Origin: Aplysia californica
Taxonomy: Eukaryota
Assembly (NCBI RefSeq): GCF_000002075.1
Contig: NW_004797288.1
Span: 2,629,328-2,666,626, forward strand
DNA: 37,299 bases
Direction of reading: 5' to 3'
Positions 31,914 through 37,299 of the stretch are shown piece by piece. A program made the position numbers and the translations under genes. The first letter of the stretch is position 1; each line of letters starts with the position of its first letter. The notes beneath the pieces were generated by a model, which was given only the letters and a program-made list of their open reading frames with translations, ran no database searches and was not told where the DNA came from.

Positions 31914-32217
31914 AGACAGAGATAGTAAGTAATAGGTAGTTTAACATTACACTTACACAGGAATCAAGCTTGTGCCTTCAGAAAGCAATGACATATTGCC
32001 TGACAATTCTACCTCAGACATACATTTTTATCGAGTATCTCGGTCTTTTTGCTCTGGGTTGACCCTACACTGAGTGGCATGAAGGGCTGGAGCCTGCCTC
32101 TTAACTGATTTGATTGTGTCGATGGGGATGTAAAAACACTTTCATTTTAAACAGCGGCTGTTTTTAAACCAGCGCTTTTTGTGTTTTTTAGTTGTTCAAC
32201 CTTTTTAAAGTGTTCGT

Positions 32218-32392
32218 GTGGGTGGTTAGTGGGTGCTCTGAGGTGGTTTGCTCCTTCTTTTCTATCAAACATCTGTCGCCCTTATCTCGCTTCCTTTTTT
32301 CTTTTGCATGTGCTACTCTCTTCTAACACATCTTATCCTCAGCACTTATATGATCTAAGTGTGTTGCAAGTGCCATAAAACGATTACTAAAA
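32218..32392 (+). mobile_element. Short retroposon family A, full copy
   Basis: gtgggtggttagtgggtgctctg...aagtgccataaaacgattactaaaa. Confidence 0.82.
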
Positions 32393-32577
32393 AAAGTACG
32401 TTTGTACAGGTATTCTGATTGTAAGAATTGCCCCTGGCCAAATTTTAATGTGTTTGTTGAGGCTTCATTTTCATAAAGACTTAACCTTCCTTCTAGTACT
32501 TCTTTACTGCCCGTCCGTTTGTCCGTCCATCTGTCTGTCTGTCTGTTGTCTGTTTGTATGTCCGTCTGTCTGTCTTA

Positions 32578-34816
32578 GTGGGTGGTTGGCAGGTGCTCTG
32601 GTGTGGTTTGCTCCTTCTTACTTATCAAACATCTATCGTCCTGATCTCTCCTTTTTTCATGTTTGTTACTCTCTTGTAACAGCTCTAATCTTTGGCACTT
32701 ACATGTACTTACTTTTACTCTTTCACCCTCTGTTGCCGTTACGCGTCGAGGGGAGATGACGTTTTCTATGGTAAGCTAGCTCCGCAGCTCTTTCAGTTGT
32801 GATATTATATTTCTCAGGGTTTCCTTGATTCCCCCGACCCATCTTTTGCGTGGCCTCCCTCTTCCTTTATAACCCGAGTGCTTGGAGTTGTAGGCTCTCG
32901 AGGCAGGCTGGTCAGGTGACGTACGTAACAGGTGGCCAAACCATTTTTATTCTGTCTTTCTATGTAATGCTGGCAGGACTCAATGCCGATAGCTGCTCTT
33001 ACATCTTTATTTCTCTGCCTGTCTTGTCTTGTGATGTTAATGGTTTTGCGAAGGCATTTAATTTCACATGCAGTGATATTGCTTTCATGGGTAGTTTTTA
33101 CTTAATGTCCAGGTCTGGCACTGGTATCATAATGTTGGTATTAATATTGGAATGATAATCTGTCCCCTTGTGTCCTTGGAAATGTTTGGATGAGATAGGA
33201 GGGGTGCGAGCTGGTTGGTGACAGCGTTGGCTTTTCAAGTTCGCATTTCTATTTCTTTGTCTATGGATCCGTTTTCAGAAAAAGTACTGCCAAGATATTA
33301 AAAACTCCTTCACCAGATTCAGTTGTTTACTACTGACATGAATGTTCAGGGGACTACGGTTTCGACTCACTTCATAACTTTTGTTTTTGATGTGCTTATT
33401 TTCATGTTAAATTTCTCGCAGCTGTTGTTCAGTTCGGTAGTGTGATTTTGGAGGCTTTGTTGGTTTGGATAAATAAGACATTGGTCATCTGCGAATAGAA
33501 GTTCATTTAGGCTTTTTAGGCTTTGGTTTGCGCCTTGCGTTATTGTGTCCATATAATAATATATCATAAACAGGAGGGGAGATAGAACGCATCCCTGTCG
33601 TACTCCAGATCTTATTTGGAACCAGTCTGTATTGCCTTCTTTCGCTCTTACTGAGATTCTACAGTTAGTATATAGACCTCTGACTTTATCTAACATTTGT
33701 CCTCAGGCGCCATACTTTTCGAGTGTGTTCCAGAGTTTTGCATGGTTTACTCTGTCAAAAGGGTTGATCAATAGAGACGATGTTGAATTCTGTGTTAGTG
33801 TTCGATTGTTTTCTCTCATATCTGTCTTAATGCGAATATTGCATCCTATTCCCTTTCGGAATCCAAACTGAGCTTTGCTCAGATTTCTCCCTACAATAGG
33901 TCTTATCCGGTATTCCAGTATCTTTGGGTATATTTTTCCCTGCGTGGCTTAATAAAGAGATGCCTCTGTCTATATGTTCTGCAGTCGCGTTTGTTGCCTT
34001 TCTTTTTCCATAATGGGACCACTGTGGCTTTCTGCAAGTGATCTGGGAATTTTCTTTGCTCCCAGTCTCAATTGAAAACTCACCTCAGCCACAGTACACC
34101 GGTGTTTCCACAAGCTCTTATGGCTTCCACTGCGATGTCATCTGGTCCTGGGGCTTTGTTCTTGGGGCTGGTTTTGAGTGCCTTTTGAATTTCACTGAGA
34201 TGTATGGGTGGTTTTGTATGCTCTCCATATGATGGTTGTAACTCTTCTTGATGTCCATGTAAGCGCCTGTGTTGAGCAGTTCTTGGAAGTAATTTTCCTA
34301 TCTTTTTCCTTCTTAATGGCATGCTTGCTGAGAATGGCATTACCCTCTTTATCGTTTATAATTCATTTCGGGTTGTATGGGTCTTTCGTTACCTGCATGC
34401 TGTTCACACTTTTATAAAACTCTCTAGAGTTTTCCTTGCAGACATTGGTCTGTTTCTCGCCATATATTTTCTTAGCATTTTCTCTAGCAGTTTTGATAAT
34501 TCTTTTGGTCTCTCTTCTCACTTTGCTGTATTCTATATAGTCCTCTTCGGTCTTTGACTTCTGCCATTTCTTGAATATCTTCTTTTCATTTTAATTGCTT
34601 CTTTGGTTTCGTCATTCCATCAGCAAATTGTTCTGTCTTTGTTTCCGCCTATTCGTTTGGTGCCACACCTGTTTTTCCGTATTTCTGATAGGGATTTTAA
34701 AAATGTTTGCCATTCGTCTTCCACGTCTTTGGTCTCCGGTGACAGCTTACTGTACTTCGGCACTTATATGACCTTATTGTGTTGCAAGAGAAGTAAAACT
34801 CATACTAAAACTAAAA
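32578..34816 (+). mobile_element. Short retroposon family A copy split by an RTE insertion (5' part 32578-32705, 3' part 34755-34816)
   Basis: The two halves rejoin to the consensus; perfect outer 12-bp TSD ctgtctgtctta (32566-32577, 34817-34828). Confidence 0.85.
32706..34754 (-). mobile_element. 5'-truncated, frameshifted RTE-clade non-LTR retrotransposon (reverse transcriptase pseudogene)
   Basis: Minus-strand ORF fragments 'EIQKALKTSPKNKAPGPDDIAVEAIRA' and 'WFQIRSGVRQGCVLSPLLF...LLFADD...NMKISTSKTKVM' (non-LTR RT motifs); short AAGT-like 3' tail; 16-bp TSD ctttggcacttacatg / cttcggcacttatatg. Confidence 0.9.
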
Positions 34817-35227
34817 CTGTCTGTCTTACTTTTACTCAGCACTAAATGAGCTTTATTGTGTCGATGTGCTTCTCTTTACTCTAACAAACAGACTGGACAT
34901 TTCCGTGTTTGTCGTGTCCGACCTTGACGGTGAGTTACGTTGTCAGGTGGAAATGCACTGGGATATTTATTACATGTACACTACTAATGTACAGTGTTGG
35001 TCGGGGGGGGGGGGGGGTGTCGTCCCCCCACCCTGGGACTATTGGTTTCGAAATTGGCTTACGCGTGAAGTCCGAGGTTCGTTGGGGAGCTGTCCCGTTA
35101 TTTTTTTCAGTCTCAACCTTGTATCTGGGATATATAATAATATATATCTCGCGACCTCAAGTGCTTTCTTGTCCGATCTCCATTTTTTAAACTTTAAAAA
35201 TGTGACTTCTTCTTAAGCTCACTCTTT

Positions 35228-35392
35228 NNNNNNNNNNNNNNNNNNNNNNNNNNNNNNNNNNNNNNNNNNNNNNNNNNNNNNNNNNNNNNNNNNNNNNNNN
35301 NNNNNNNNNNNNNNNNNNNNNNNNNNNNNNNNNNNNNNNNNNNNNNNNNNNNNNNNNNNNNNNNNNNNNNNNNNNNNNNNNNNNNNNNNNNN
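35228..35392. other. Assembly gap (165 N)
   Basis: Run of N. Confidence 1.
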
Positions 35393-35674
35393 CACTGGGC
35401 TACTTTGTCATAATATTGAAGAGGGGCAATGGGCTCCACTTTTGAAATGACCTACGTATATTATTACTCTGCTTCTGGTACAATAGAATCAAATGTTAAA
35501 TTGAAAGAGAATTCTAACAACAAACTGTTAGGCATCTTGGTGAAATCAGGCGCTAGTCATAATAATGAAATCGAAGAAACAAACATTTTTCTGTTGGTTG
35601 GTCAATTTTTTTCGAGTTCTTTTGGGTTTATTTTGGACCAGCTCTTTTTATGTCCGTTTAAAAAAAAAAAGCTA

Positions 35675-35794
35675 CACAATTATGTATGAATGTTCCTGAA
35701 AACCGTTTATCAAGGACACAGCAAATGTACTTACTCTGTACTTTCCAAGTACACCACTGGTTTGGAAGTCCCCAAACGTTGGCTACCCGTTTTC
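35675..35794 (-). repeat. Dispersed old repeat, copy 3 (inverted)
   Basis: Reverse complement gaaaacgggtagccaacgtttggggacttcc matches 15293 gaaaatggtggccgaagtttggggacttct. Confidence 0.5.
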
Positions 35795-36186
35795 TCACTA
35801 ATCTAACTTCTAAAACCAGGCGACCCCAACTTTATTTATCAATAAAAGCAAGAAAATGAACAAACGTTAAGATGATACCAATAACTCGATACGCTCAAAA
35901 ATTGGCGAGCGCCTGATTCCACCACGTCGTGACAATGATGTTTTTGAGGATTGGGTTCGAATTCGTGTCCGTTGCAAAATCACTTGAAGTACTTATTGTG
36001 CAAACATCTTCCCCTCGCTCCCTTTCGGAGAATGCAACTTGCAAGTCTATACTCAAAGGTGCGGTCTAGTAAAGAATAAAACTTTCCAAATCCTGCAGAA
36101 CTGACCCCGTCTTTGAAATGACAGATTGTGTCTTGACGGCAGTTATTCTCACACAGCGCCTGTGTGTCATAGTTAGGCTCTTCGTC

Positions 36187-36543
36187 ATAATAATAATAAT
36201 AATAAATAGCATTTGTATAGCACAAATCTCCACTTAACAGCAAGTTCTATGCGCTTCACAATCTTAAGTACAATGTATTACCATTACCCCAGCTGACCTG
36301 AGAGCATTCTGAAACAACCTCAACTTCCTGGGAAGCATACACCGCAAGCAGCCATTTATAGGCGCTAAAACACTAACATGCTGACAAGACCTTTCGCTGT
36401 CTATGGCCGGGTACCCATTCCCACCTGGGTGAAGTGAGGAAAATTCGTGTAAAGTGCCTTTCCCAAGGATATACAACGTCGGGCCCGCGGCTCGAACTTC
36501 CGAACCCGTAATCTCACGATTACGAGTCCGGTAGCCTAATCAC
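36187..36543 (-). mobile_element. Second copy of the same tRNA-derived SINE
   Basis: Colinear with 30807-31168 over ~350 bp. Confidence 0.85.
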
Positions 36544-36850
36544 ATGCAAAAGACCCGAGTTCAGTTCTACTTCTAGGGTGGGAACTTTATTTTTAATGAC
36601 ATCTGTGTCTGCTGGGTTGTGCCCCTCGCAGTCTGCCTTCTCTAAACAATCTCAAAATTGCGTTAACAGAGGGCATAATTATAAAAAAAAAGTGAATACC
36701 CCCCCCCCCCCAATCCCTCCCCCATCCAAACACTTGAACACAGTTTAAGCATAACTTTTAATGTACTAGGTCATGCTATACAAATAAGATCCCTTTCACT
36801 TTCAGTAAGTATACCAGGTACCAATAATTATTTTCGTCCAAGAAAAATAG

Positions 36851-37107
36851 TCACGGCTTGTCAAGCCGGCAAGGTACATGTAGATCAATATCGCTTACAC
36901 CTTTGATTTGCCATTTTTGGTAACGTATCTCTACCTTTTGCACCTCATCAAAGATTGAAGAGTACATAGGCGCAAATATCTTTGACCTCACGTGTGGTGA
37001 GCCCGTGAGGACAGGGTGGGAGGTGTTCGATACTGGGTGTGAGCGATTCGATACTCCTAAACGTCGAGCACTTAACCCTTTCACTACAATTCCGTTTTTG
37101 TCTTGAG
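36851..37107 (-). CDS. Possible exon of a convergent neighbouring gene, product unknown
   Basis: Minus-strand acceptor-like ctctttcctcgtcccacaatcctaccatacag followed by an open frame QDKNGIVVKGLSARRLG...CRLDKP*; no recognisable homology. Confidence 0.2.
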
Positions 37108-37299
37108 CTGTATGGTAGGATTGTGGGACGAGGAAAGAGTTAATTGATTTTTTTAGGGAAGCCCACTGCCACTGCTCTGTGAGATTACCACTTAGAATGG
37201 GCGGGGCACAAGGAGCTTTTTTCGGAACCAGTATATTATTTTTTAAATTATTGGGTCTGGTTTTGAAGCTGAATGGATGGAGTTGGCGGGATGGGATGG

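Noticed and set aside
35980-36243. 87-aa minus-strand ORF with poly-Tyr
   Set aside because: It starts in the (TAT)n tail of a SINE; the remainder has no recognisable motif

Overview
Eukaryotic, AT-rich, intron- and repeat-rich genomic DNA from an invertebrate animal; a mollusc or other lophotrochozoan is a guess from repeat style only. The window is dominated by one + strand gene. I assembled it by hand from 17 GT-AG exons (5568-26217) that join in one open frame of 5178 nt, giving 1725 aa plus stop; the first coding exon was not found. The product is an NBR1/p62-family selective-autophagy receptor: PB1 with acidic OPCA motif, ~600 aa low-complexity linker, ZZ zinc finger, K/E coiled coil, acidic LIR-like motifs, long acidic/coiled-coil region, juxta-UBA amphipathic helix, a Trp-x-Pro heptad repeat and an NBR1-type UBA. 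It is unusually large and I could not find the FW domain that normally defines NBR1. A ~4.3 kb repeat-poor probable 3' UTR follows. Introns and flanks hold a Sola-like non-autonomous DNA transposon, TTAA-flanked piggyBac-like MITEs, tRNA-derived SINEs and a decayed RTE LINE nested in a short retroposon. That ~180 bp retroposon has ten copies here, all in the same orientation, with a shared 5' start and no visible Pol III promoter. There is a 165-N assembly gap. Nothing proves a new system; the best leads are the FW-less giant NBR1-like receptor with its WxP repeats and the strand-biased short retroposon.
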